A stretch of DNA of 50,582 nt from NCBI GenBank assembly GCA_964435235.1, contig CAYSXZ010000057.1, forward strand, positions 1-50,582, written 5' to 3'. This DNA comes from Candidatus Micrarchaeota archaeon (lineage in GTDB: Archaea > Micrarchaeota > Micrarchaeia > Anstonellales > Bilamarchaeaceae). Of this stretch, positions 10,007 to 17,918 are shown piece by piece. A program made the translations under genes and the position numbers. The notes beneath the pieces were generated by a model. It was not told where the DNA came from, made no database searches, and worked only from the letters and a program-made list of their open reading frames with translations. The stretch's first letter is position 1, and each line of letters opens with the position of its first letter.

Positions 10007-10579
10007 TCAAGCTGAAGGTGTGAAAATCGTCTTGCTTGCCATGATTATTAGGACGAGAGCAGTGGTGTGGAGAAGATATGCTATAATTGCAAATTTCTTC
10101 GCTGACATCTGTTTTATCGAAGCCATCATGGTAATGCCGATTTCCGTAGGCAGGGGTGAGCCGATTATGAGTGCCGCGACAACCAGGTAAAAGAATTTTT
10201 CAATCTGATGCAGAAAGCTTTTATCCTTACTTTTGAAGAATTTTTTTGTTGGTAGTTTTTCGATTTCATCCTTGAATTCGTACTTTATAAAAAAGAAGAG
10301 AAGGAGATCTGCAAGCAGTGCACCGAGGCTTGCGGCCAGAACTGCGAGAAGAAAATTCTCGTCTTTTGAAAGGACGAGCAGTATTGCAGTTGCGGGTACC
10401 GAAGTCAGACCGTAGACATAAAAAAATCCCGCGATAAATATACCAAAATATCCAAGTACAAGCAGATGCTCGTGAATGCCATCAACAGACGCTTCTTTGA
10501 ATATCAACCACGCAACAACAATACTGAGAATAAAGAGCAGTAGTTTCGGATATTTGAACCTAAACAATATTCTGTGCAT
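10007..10579 (-). CDS. Integral membrane hypothetical protein
   Basis: 190 aa with about five hydrophobic spans. No motif recognised. Confidence 0.55.
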   Translation of the reverse strand: MHRILFRFKYPKLLLFILSIVVAWLIFKEASVDGIHEHLLVLGYFGIFIAGFFYVYGLTSVPATAILLVLSKDENFLLAVLAASLGALLADLLLFFFIKYEFKDEIEKLPTKKFFKSKDKSFLHQIEKFFYLVVAALIIGSPLPTEIGITMMASIKQMSAKKFAIIAYLLHTTALVLIIMASKTIFTPSA

Positions 10580-10620
10580 GTCGAGTAATCTGTTCGCTAC
10601 TGTTTATATTTCTGCACTCT

Positions 10621-12102
10621 TTATCTGCCATAGACGCCTACGCCACTAAAGTTGAAGTCCAATTCGTAATAAGTATCAACTTTCAGAACATTCTCATGAA
10701 TCTTTCCTTCAGGGAATTCACCGCCGCTTGCAGGAACATCCAATTCCTTTGGTATCGCCCTTCCTGTTGGCACTTCTACTATTGTGGTCTCTTCTTCAAC
10801 TACCCTTCCTTCAGGAATTCGTTCAGATGAAACGAAATTGTCTATTACGACTCCGATAAGCCAGAATTTTATTCCATTAAGGAATCCCACGCCTTCGGTT
10901 GTTATCCGTTTCTCCTTAACTGCAGTAACGGGGCTTAATTCTCTTGAATGTATGGCATTAACCACTCCTATATCTGTAGTTACTTTGACCGTTGGATCGG
11001 CAACTGCTCCTGCATCCACTTCGTAAAGTTCCCCCTTATCTATCAAAAGATGATAAGTATTCCCTCCTGTTATTATGATGTTGATTCTTTCATTAGTCAA
11101 AAACTCGCGCAATGTTGGTACTATTCTTAACCCCTCAGTGTAGAAATTCCTTATCTTCTGGATTTCATCCTGTCTTGTGTGATCGTCCTCTGTTATCCCT
11201 TGTATCTTGCTGCTTACATATTTCGGTTCTTCCACGATTGTAAAGGTTACGCAGTCCCAGCAGCCTGTCTTGTAATTATAACAGCATTTTGCATCTGGGC
11301 CGCAGTTCGCTTGACAGTTTTCCTGGTCTGCGTATTCCCCATTTTCAGGAAAGCAGACCTTGCGATAGCAATGGCAGCAAACAGGACAGCAGTATTCAAA
11401 GCTTCTACAGCCACCAACCATCGGGTCGCACTGCTCGTTCTTATTCCTGTCGATAACTCCGTTTCCGCAGCAGCATCTATCTGGACAGGCAGTCGCCCCG
11501 CATATCTCGTTAACCGCTTCATCGATATTAGCCTGCGTTGGATTTGAATTCGGACCGCTTGTCTGGCACATCAACCCTCCATCGCAATCCTCAAGGCCAA
11601 TCATATGCCCAGCTTCGTGCGCAAAGTCCTTGTAGTGCTCGTCGTCCGGTTTGTTCGGGTCAACAGGCCTGCTCATTATGTTGGACCACCACCCTTTCTG
11701 GCTGTTACCTCCATTGCCCGTTGCAATTCCGTACATATATCCTAAGTAAAATTGCGCACCGGTCCAGTTCGTCTGGTTTCTTGGCGGATTATTGTTGTAA
11801 TCTGTAACTGTAATGCAGTGATAACCCGCAGGCGGGTTGTTCACGCAGTCAGCCGTCTTCGTTGTCTCGACCTTGAAGCTTACAGGACAGTTACAGTCTC
11901 CATATGTCCGGCCATTGGGGCCATTCCAGACATTTTCTATTTCGTTTTTCGCATTTTGTATATACGCATCATCTGCACCGGCAAAAGCGATTTTTATCGT
12001 TATGGTTATCTTGCAGTCATTAACTTCGCATGTGGTGCTGGCTCGTGATAAAGAAAAAAGCGACAGAAGCACAAATACGATAAGTAGTTTTCGAATATTC
12101 AT
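10621..12102 (-). CDS. Secreted zinc-metalloprotease-like protein with Cys-rich repeat region
   Basis: Signal peptide. HEAGHMIGLED (HExxHxxGxxD metzincin-like motif). CGNGVIDRNKNEQCD resembles the CGDG...ECD cysteine-rich repeat, followed by a dense Cys cluster. Confidence 0.65.
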   Translation of the reverse strand: MNIRKLLIVFVLLSLFSLSRASTTCEVNDCKITITIKIAFAGADDAYIQNAKNEIENVWNGPNGRTYGDCNCPVSFKVETTKTADCVNNPPAGYHCITVTDYNNNPPRNQTNWTGAQFYLGYMYGIATGNGGNSQKGWWSNIMSRPVDPNKPDDEHYKDFAHEAGHMIGLEDCDGGLMCQTSGPNSNPTQANIDEAVNEICGATACPDRCCCGNGVIDRNKNEQCDPMVGGCRSFEYCCPVCCHCYRKVCFPENGEYADQENCQANCGPDAKCCYNYKTGCWDCVTFTIVEEPKYVSSKIQGITEDDHTRQDEIQKIRNFYTEGLRIVPTLREFLTNERINIIITGGNTYHLLIDKGELYEVDAGAVADPTVKVTTDIGVVNAIHSRELSPVTAVKEKRITTEGVGFLNGIKFWLIGVVIDNFVSSERIPEGRVVEEETTIVEVPTGRAIPKELDVPASGGEFPEGKIHENVLKVDTYYELDFNFSGVGVYGR

Positions 12103-12175
12103 GAAAAATGCTTTTCAGAGAAGGTTTTTATTTATGTGTTTCCGAGAAAGTGGCTTACATTTCGACGCATTGGAA

Positions 12176-12709
12176 TCAATACTCTGCCTTGATTCTTGTC
12201 CAGAGCCTCTCTGCTTCCTCATCCGTATAATCATTTATTGGGTACCACACACTACCTGTCTTCAGCGTCCTGACAAGCATCGTTTTACCCTTCCAGTTCG
12301 GATTCCTGAACCATCTCTCGCTCTTGTTTCCTATCCCCTCTACAAGAAGAAAGCCCTCTTTGCTGTAAAATTCCTTGTGATACAATTCACCGGTTGAAAA
12401 ATCTACCTCATAAACTGTTTTGTTTGAACTAAAAGGTCCTTCGCCGTCTTTCCTACAATGCACGGCGCAGAACCCTTTCTTTTCTCTGACATTTACTTCT
12501 CTTCCCTTGGCCTTTTGCCTAACCAATTCTGTTATTTGGGAAATGCTGACTTCATTTTTTTCGTGCGAGCAGAGGGTGCTGCCTACCACAATATTTGTTG
12601 CGAAAAGCGTTATACCCATTTCGAGCAGAACCTTTTTCAGCGGTTTCTGTTCTCTATTTTTCCTTAACATCTCGATTTCTAACTTCGTAGCATTATAGCT
12701 AAGCTTCAT
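12176..12709 (-). CDS. Hypothetical protein
   Basis: 177-aa ORF with no recognisable motif. Confidence 0.45.
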   Translation of the reverse strand: MKLSYNATKLEIEMLRKNREQKPLKKVLLEMGITLFATNIVVGSTLCSHEKNEVSISQITELVRQKAKGREVNVREKKGFCAVHCRKDGEGPFSSNKTVYEVDFSTGELYHKEFYSKEGFLLVEGIGNKSERWFRNPNWKGKTMLVRTLKTGSVWYPINDYTDEEAERLWTRIKAEY

Positions 12710-12780
12710 GAAACATATATTTGTGTGAAAAGATTAAAAAAAGTTGCTTGTGTGAATCACGTGCGCACAAATTTTGTTGA

Positions 12781-13602
12781 TTACACCAAAGTAAGAAGGT
12801 TCACAAAACAGCTAGCAGCATCCTCAAAAAACTCCTTTCCGAATTTATAAATCTTTGATACATCTGGCATCATAGATTTTCTTATGTCTGTTTCTATGCG
12901 TTCGAAATTTTTCTCAGAGCTAATATACTCAATTGTTTTTTTAACAACCTCTTTTCTCCAACCCTCAAAACCATACGTCTCTGCTTTTTTTCGAAGTTCC
13001 TTGGCGGTCGGTAACTCTTTGAGTACGTTTTTTATATAAAGGATATCGAATAAATCCGTTCCTTTTAATGAATCCCTTTTATCAATACGATCAAGCGTTG
13101 CGACGATCTTGTCTGCAAATATCTCGCGAGGTTGTTCTACAAGAAGCGGATAAAATTCACCCTTTGTGATTATCGGAAATAGAGATATCTGATCCCCAAT
13201 TTCTATTACACCGCGTATCTCTGAATTTTTCTTCCAATACTTTATTCTCTCTACTACTTTCAAATTTTTGTTGTTGTTTCTCGCTTTTTCTACATTGTAT
13301 TCCTTTTCTAGCACGTCACAAATAGCACTAACAACCCACGTAAGGTTTACTTTTTTATCTTTTAAGACAAAATCGAGATCATACGAATACCGCGGCGAAG
13401 AGTATATAAAATGAAGTGCATTTCCTCCTTGAAAGACAATATTCTCTGAAAGATTCTTCTCTTTTGCTATCCTAAACGTAGCGTCCCTTGCGAGTTCCTC
13501 CTTTTCTCTAAGTACATTTATCTTTTGCTTTAATTGATGGGTAGATATTTTCATCACACCTCTATTGCATTTCTCGATATTAATAATATTACATGTTGCC
13601 AT
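12781..13602 (-). CDS. Nucleotidyltransferase AbiEii/AbiGii-like (type IV toxin family, DUF1814)
   Basis: FQGGNALHFIYSSPRYSYDLDFV matches the GG(T/N)AL...R.S.D(L/I)DF core of AbiEii nucleotidyltransferases. An alternative start is at 13554. Confidence 0.65.
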   Translation of the reverse strand: MATCNIINIEKCNRGVMKISTHQLKQKINVLREKEELARDATFRIAKEKNLSENIVFQGGNALHFIYSSPRYSYDLDFVLKDKKVNLTWVVSAICDVLEKEYNVEKARNNNKNLKVVERIKYWKKNSEIRGVIEIGDQISLFPIITKGEFYPLLVEQPREIFADKIVATLDRIDKRDSLKGTDLFDILYIKNVLKELPTAKELRKKAETYGFEGWRKEVVKKTIEYISSEKNFERIETDIRKSMMPDVSKIYKFGKEFFEDAASCFVNLLTLV

Positions 13603-13657
13603 ACTGTAATTCTATGTTGTAATATTTTAAAATGTATGCTTATTCTTTATTAATAAT

Positions 13658-14782
13658 ATGAACGAGATATTGAAGGTCGCAATTCTTGACTATACTCCGG
13701 TGGAGATAAAATACCGACAGGATGTAGTACGAAATATCCTTGTTTCAGCGATTAAAAGAGCTGTTCCAAACGGGTTTTTTGTCAGTCCCGACTACATCCG
13801 AGCGCTGCAGGAGGATTTACCGAAAGATAATTACGATATGATCCTAATAGGGGGCAGTCCGCTTTCGACTATAGAATATTCTAAGGATCTTGAGGTTGCA
13901 CTCGAGCAGGTGAATAGAGTAATTCGAACTGTTCCAACCTTCGGTATATGCTTTGGGCTTCACGTGATAGCAAAATTAGCTGGTGACAAACCAAAACCAA
14001 TAAACGAGTTTGAAGTTGGTTTAAGAGAGGTCGTATTGTACGAGGACATTGCTGGTGTAGGAAAAGCTGGCGATCATCTTATATTTCCTGTAAATCATTG
14101 CTGTAAAATAATGAACGGTAACAATGTGCTCAAGGTTTTGGCTGTAAGCAATGGTGGAATACAGATCGCAGACGCTACTGATTATTTTAATGGAAATCCA
14201 GTTATGGGTGTGCAATTTCACCCAGAATTTGCAATCACAGACGACGGGTGGAAGATGTTTAGGAAGATATATTCAAAAACACTTGAAGCGGTTTTAAGTG
14301 GGAAATGTAAAGAAATAACAATAAAGTCGTTTCTAAATCAACTTGACAACAAGGTCTTGAAAAGATTTAAGGGCCATATGGACATAGATTACCTAATTGA
14401 AAGTGGAAGACAACTTACAAAAGAACAAAAAGATCTTCTTATGAGCCCTTTCTATAACATTGATCACAGAAAAAAACTTTTGGGAAAGGTTGAAAGCGAA
14501 AGAAATTATCGCAAAATACAGCAAAACTGCATTTTGATATTGATGAGTTTTATAAAAAGGGCAATTGAGGTCAAGAACGAAAGGAAGATGTTAATATCAA
14601 AACAAGAGTGCAGCGGGTCTAGTAACGAACAACTCTTGATTCCAAAATTTATAGAAAAAGCTTCTGAAGACGACAAATATAAGATGGTAATCAGAAAAAT
14701 GCAGAAAAAGACTTCGCTGCGTACAGCAAAAAGGAATAATCCTTCCAAAAAATTTGATAACCAAATGAAGATTCCGTTATAA
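13658..14782 (+). CDS. Class I glutamine amidotransferase-like domain protein with long C-terminal extension
   Basis: FGICFGLH (nucleophile elbow GxCxG) and GVQFHPEF (His-Glu) in the N-terminal 200 aa. The C-terminal 170 aa are Lys-rich and unassigned. Confidence 0.65.
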   Translation: MNEILKVAILDYTPVEIKYRQDVVRNILVSAIKRAVPNGFFVSPDYIRALQEDLPKDNYDMILIGGSPLSTIEYSKDLEVALEQVNRVIRTVPTFGICFGLHVIAKLAGDKPKPINEFEVGLREVVLYEDIAGVGKAGDHLIFPVNHCCKIMNGNNVLKVLAVSNGGIQIADATDYFNGNPVMGVQFHPEFAITDDGWKMFRKIYSKTLEAVLSGKCKEITIKSFLNQLDNKVLKRFKGHMDIDYLIESGRQLTKEQKDLLMSPFYNIDHRKKLLGKVESERNYRKIQQNCILILMSFIKRAIEVKNERKMLISKQECSGSSNEQLLIPKFIEKASEDDKYKMVIRKMQKKTSLRTAKRNNPSKKFDNQMKIPL

Positions 14783-14960
14783 TGCTATTCTATTGAGATT
14801 GCTCGATGGACCACCACGCCCTTTTTTGTCACCTACCTTCCTTCTTAAGCATTTTAACAAAATTCATCTCTTCAGTGTTCTTCTTGACTACGAGGTCTTT
14901 TCATTAATGTTCGGGAACTCGCCCTATTACTACATTACTACTAGTTTTCTTATATTTCAT

Positions 14961-14993
14961 TTCAGTTGTCATTTTTTGTATAATTTCGAAAAA
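14961..14993. repeat. Direct repeat copy A flanking the Fic gene
   Basis: ttcagttgtcattttttgtataatttcgaaaaa. It recurs at 15961-15994 with a 1-nt indel. Confidence 0.9.
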
Positions 14994-15873
14994 GATATCT
15001 CTTGTACTCTTTAACGTATCTTTTGAAAAACCATTGTAAAAAGATTTCATCCATTTTTTTAATTTGTGCTCTTTCTAAAGCATTATAATAACCAACTCTT
15101 TTTTCATAGAGAATATTTAGCATTGGATATCCGTGTTTATGTAAAATAAAATTCATCATTAGCCTACTTATCCTTCCATTACCATCTGTAAATGGGTGTA
15201 TGGTCACAAATTTTAAATGTGCTAAAGCAGCTAATTCTACTGGATGCAATTTCTTCTTGTTTTTATTGTACCACCTAAAAAACTCTCTTAATAAAGGATA
15301 AATTTCAACTGGAAATGGTGGTGTAAATTTACTTCCTGATATAGCCACTTGATGTTCTCTAATCCTTCCAGCTATCTCTGGCTTGGATGCTTCAAACAAT
15401 TTTTTATGCCAATATAAAATAACTTGCAAAGTTAAGTCTTTCTCATATTGTAGCATTTCATAAAAGACCTTTTGATGTCCTTCTGCCTCTTTAACATCAT
15501 ACAAAGGTTTAAGCTTTGGTGTTATTCCTTTTTCCAGTAAATCTGCTGTTTCTCTTAACGTTAATTTTGAACCTTCTATTTTTTGTGTATCATAAGTAAA
15601 TCTGATTGAAAAAGTTTCAATTTCTTTTTCTCTTGCAGCTTTTGGTAATTGCTTAAACTCTTTAGAAAAATTTTTCTTTATTCTATCAAATAGCGGATAC
15701 CACTTCTCTCTATAAATTTCAGAAAGAAATTCTCTTTTTATTTCATCAATATTTTTTGGTAGTGTTTTGCCTATATATTTTTCCCTTTTCTCTACTTTTT
15801 TACCTTTTCTTATGGTGTGCTCTAAATAGTAATAAGTTTGTCTTCCTATAACTTTCTTTCTTATACTTACCAT
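14962..15873 (-). CDS. Fic/DOC family protein (AMPylase-type)
   Basis: HPFTDGNGRISRLMMNFIL is the canonical Fic motif HPFx(D/E)GNGRxxR. Start taken at the ATG at 15873 (MVSIRKK). An aaatttataaata TATA-like box lies about 25-35 nt upstream. Confidence 0.9.
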   Translation of the reverse strand: MVSIRKKVIGRQTYYYLEHTIRKGKKVEKREKYIGKTLPKNIDEIKREFLSEIYREKWYPLFDRIKKNFSKEFKQLPKAAREKEIETFSIRFTYDTQKIEGSKLTLRETADLLEKGITPKLKPLYDVKEAEGHQKVFYEMLQYEKDLTLQVILYWHKKLFEASKPEIAGRIREHQVAISGSKFTPPFPVEIYPLLREFFRWYNKNKKKLHPVELAALAHLKFVTIHPFTDGNGRISRLMMNFILHKHGYPMLNILYEKRVGYYNALERAQIKKMDEIFLQWFFKRYVKEYKRYLFRNYTKNDN

Positions 15874-15960
15874 AATAAAATTTACCCCTACATATTTATA
15901 AATTTTAGTATTTTTGATAAAAAGTAGAGATAAAGACAAAAGCTTTTTTAAGAATAAAAT

Positions 15961-15994
15961 TTCAGGTTGTCATTTTTTGTATAATTTCGAAAAA
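15961..15994. repeat. Direct repeat copy B flanking the Fic gene
   Basis: ttcaggttgtcattttttgtataatttcgaaaaa, matching 14961-14993. Confidence 0.9.
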
Positions 15995-16007
15995 ATAAAA
16001 GAAAAAA

Positions 16008-16229
16008 TCAGCAACCGCAGCTTCCTGAAAGAGATATACCGGCGACAAGTCCCATAGGATCTAGTGGTCCTTCGGACTCAGGCTTGTATTTCTCTAACTC
16101 TTTTGAAATTTTCTTTTCAGATGGCGTTTGTTGCTGAACCTTTGGTTTTTCCTTTACCATCTGGTTTGCTACAGTGCTTGCGTTCAAGGGCTTTCCATTA
16201 TTTCTGTTCATTCCTTTTGTATCTCTCAT
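16008..16229 (-). CDS. Small hypothetical protein with Cys-rich C-terminus (…GISLSGSCGC)
   Basis: 73-aa ORF with a 4-nt overlap with the upstream HTH ORF. No family recognised. Confidence 0.35.
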   Translation of the reverse strand: MRDTKGMNRNNGKPLNASTVANQMVKEKPKVQQQTPSEKKISKELEKYKPESEGPLDPMGLVAGISLSGSCGC

Positions 16230-16420
16230 ACAGCCTCACCTACTAATTCGCTGGAATTTACGACGCGCCATGCAGTCATTGTTGAGACGCCGGCAAAATC
16301 AGCAATCTTTCTAATTCCTAAATTACTGCTCCAATAAAGCTCCAAAATTAGATCCTTCTTTTTCTCATCAATTATTCTGGGTCTTCCTCTGTTATGGTCG
16401 CCACCTAAAAGAGAGACCAC
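16226..16420 (-). CDS. Small helix-turn-helix DNA-binding protein
   Basis: LGIRKIADFAGVSTMTAWRVV looks like a classic HTH (resolvase/transposase-type small HTH domain). 64 aa. Confidence 0.5.
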   Translation of the reverse strand: MVSLLGGDHNRGRPRIIDEKKKDLILELYWSSNLGIRKIADFAGVSTMTAWRVVNSSELVGEAV

Positions 16421-16510
16421 CTCTTTTCATTTTTCCTTGCCACATTTTTCACCTCCATTTTACTTCGTATATTATAATCAACATATTCTTATAAATCTAA
16501 CAAGAAAAAG

Positions 16511-16520
16511 TTTATAAATA
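16511..16520 (+). promoter_or_regulatory. Putative archaeal TATA box for tRNA-Arg
   Basis: aaaaag-tttataaata lies about 22-31 nt upstream of tRNA position 1. An identical 10-mer precedes the 23S leader. Confidence 0.55.
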
Positions 16521-16541
16521 AATGTATCAAAAGTTGCTCAC

Positions 16542-16628
16542 GCCCTCATAGTCTAGCCTGGATTTGCATATCAGAAAGGACACGGGCTTCCGGAGCCTGT
16601 GAGCTGGGTTCGAATCCCAGTGAGGGCG
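16542..16628 (+). tRNA. tRNA-Arg(CCG) with a 13-nt non-canonical intron in the D-loop
   Basis: Hand-folded. Acceptor gccctca/tgagggc plus discriminator g. D stem gtct/ggac. Anticodon stem cgggc/gcctg with loop ttCCGga. T arm ctggg-ttcgaat-cccag. It is 87 nt rather than about 74 because of the extra D-loop sequence. Confidence 0.85.
16564..16576 (+). other. Predicted 13-nt BHB intron in the tRNA-Arg D-loop
   Basis: Central helix ctgg (16558-61) / tcag (16571-74), with 3-nt bulges att and aaa. Cutting after the second bulge nt gives the D-arm GUCU-AGCCUGGAUA-GGAC. Confidence 0.6.
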
Positions 16629-16660
16629 TTTTAATTTTAAAATTAAATTGAAAAAATATT

Positions 16661-16673
16661 TTAGAAATTCCAA
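16661..16673. repeat. TTAGAAATTCCAA motif, copy 1
   Basis: Identical 13-mers at 16661, 17071 and 17904. Copies 1 and 2 share about 38 nt of extended similarity upstream of two small membrane-protein ORFs. Confidence 0.85.
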
Positions 16674-16696
16674 GATAGTATTAGAAAAGTGAGAAC

Positions 16697-17074
16697 ATGA
16701 AAATCAACTGGAAGGATTTCGGATTGGCTTTGGTTATTGGATTGATTGTGTGCATCAGCATCGCTTTAATTATTATAAGCGGTATCTTTGCCACTTTGAT
16801 GCTTGCCATTTTGATGATTGGCATCCCGCTTATGTTTTATTTCTTGAGGAATAAATCCGAAATATTAGAGGCAGGACTGATCTCTTTTCTTCTTGGAGTT
16901 ATTATATATTGGGTTGATTTATTGTTGTTCATTTCTATACCGAGAAATCCGAGAGATCCCATGATACTGTTGCCGAATCCGATCACTACGTCATTAAGTT
17001 TTGGAATCATAAGCACGATGATCGGTCTCATCATCTGGTTTGCAGTAAAAAAGTTAAAGTGGGAAAAATCTTAG
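16697..17074 (+). CDS. Small integral membrane protein
   Basis: 125 aa with four hydrophobic spans. Confidence 0.5.
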   Translation: MKINWKDFGLALVIGLIVCISIALIIISGIFATLMLAILMIGIPLMFYFLRNKSEILEAGLISFLLGVIIYWVDLLLFISIPRNPRDPMILLPNPITTSLSFGIISTMIGLIIWFAVKKLKWEKS

Positions 17075-17083
17075 AAATTCCAA
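17071..17083. repeat. TTAGAAATTCCAA motif, copy 2
   Basis: Overlaps the stop codon of ORF 16697-17074 and precedes ORF 17091-17312. Confidence 0.85.
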
Positions 17084-17090
17084 AAGACTG

Positions 17091-17312
17091 TTGGAAAATT
17101 TACTTGCTTTAATTATACAAATAGGTATGGCTTTCTCTGCGCTTTTTGTAGTGATATTTATAATAACGGGAATCGCCAGCTATTTCGGAGTCATGAAACT
17201 CATACTTTTCATCCCCTTTTTTCTCAGAATTTTTGAAATGCCGTGGATGATGGTCTTTACAAAATTGATCGCTTACACGCTTGCGGCTATTTTTGTGAAA
17301 ATTGGAAAATAA
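17091..17312 (+). CDS. Small integral membrane protein (TTG start)
   Basis: 73 aa with three hydrophobic spans. The start codon is non-ATG. Confidence 0.4.
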   Translation: MENLLALIIQIGMAFSALFVVIFIITGIASYFGVMKLILFIPFFLRIFEMPWMMVFTKLIAYTLAAIFVKIGK

Positions 17313-17395
17313 ATGGGCATTTGTTATTGCATAAATACCAATATAATAAACCAACCTTCCCTTTCATTTCCAGAATTTCAGTAATATATTATTAT

Positions 17396-17446
17396 AGTAA
17401 ACCTAATTTGTAAGCACGTGAACGGTTTCGGCAGTTACGGTTTACT
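17396..17446. repeat. Palindromic element 1 (agtaaacc ... ggtttact)
   Basis: 8-bp terminal inverted repeat around a 35-nt core containing cgtgaacgg. Preceded by atatattattata. Confidence 0.7.
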
Positions 17447-17553
17447 ACTGCAATATGATATGGAAAATCTGGAACACGCAATAAAGCTTGCACGGCAAAA
17501 GTCCCCGAAAAGATCGGAAAACGATCTGTTGGCATATATTATTATATCATATT

Positions 17554-17602
17554 AGTAAACCAAACCCGTGAAAACCGGCCCGTACGCGGCTTTTGGTTTA
17601 CT
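17554..17602. repeat. Palindromic element 2 (agtaaaccaaa ... tttggtttact)
   Basis: 11-bp terminal inverted repeat around a core containing cgtgaaaaccgg. Preceded by the same atatattattata box. Paralogous to element 1. Confidence 0.7.
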
Positions 17603-17849
17603 GATTAAGCAACCATTAGTTTTGCAGCATTAATACTGTGGGAGTTGCTACATAATTCTTACAGGTTTTTTCCGCGCGAAATACCGCAGTCAAAGCCCAG
17701 ACTATGCCGAAAAAAGAGAAACAGATATTTTATCGAGGTAAATTAAGAATGAATTCTGCTTCCATCTTCAAATTCATAACAATCCGCATCATATTCCTCT
17801 TCAAATCAAAATAAAATAGCATTATTAACCTTTATTACGAGAGAGAATT

Positions 17850-17888
17850 ATGAAAATCAGGAAAGCAACAAACAAAGATTTAGAATGA
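17850..17888 (+). pseudogene. Possible N-terminal remnant of a GNAT acetyltransferase gene
   Basis: atg aaa atc agg aaa gca aca aac aaa gat tta gaa tga = MKIRKATNKDLE*. This resembles typical GNAT N-termini. The reading frame ends 15 nt before motif copy 3. Confidence 0.3.
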
Positions 17889-17903
17889 TTATCTAAAACT
17901 CTT

Positions 17904-17916
17904 TTAGAAATTCCAA
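17904..17916. repeat. TTAGAAATTCCAA motif, copy 3
   Basis: Exact 13-mer between the GNAT-like remnant and the vapC stop. Confidence 0.85.
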
Positions 17917-17918
17917 AA

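Noticed and set aside
14783-14960. Short minus-strand reading frames (for example MNFVKMLKKEGR*) as a possible decayed HicA-like toxin gene
   Set aside because: The similarity is only a few residues and needs frameshifts. That is not enough to call a pseudogene.
16631-16646. Perfect 16-nt palindrome ttaattttaaaattaa just after tRNA-Arg as a possible attachment site
   Set aside because: It is pure A/T sequence in a T-rich terminator context. No matching second copy was found by eye in this window.
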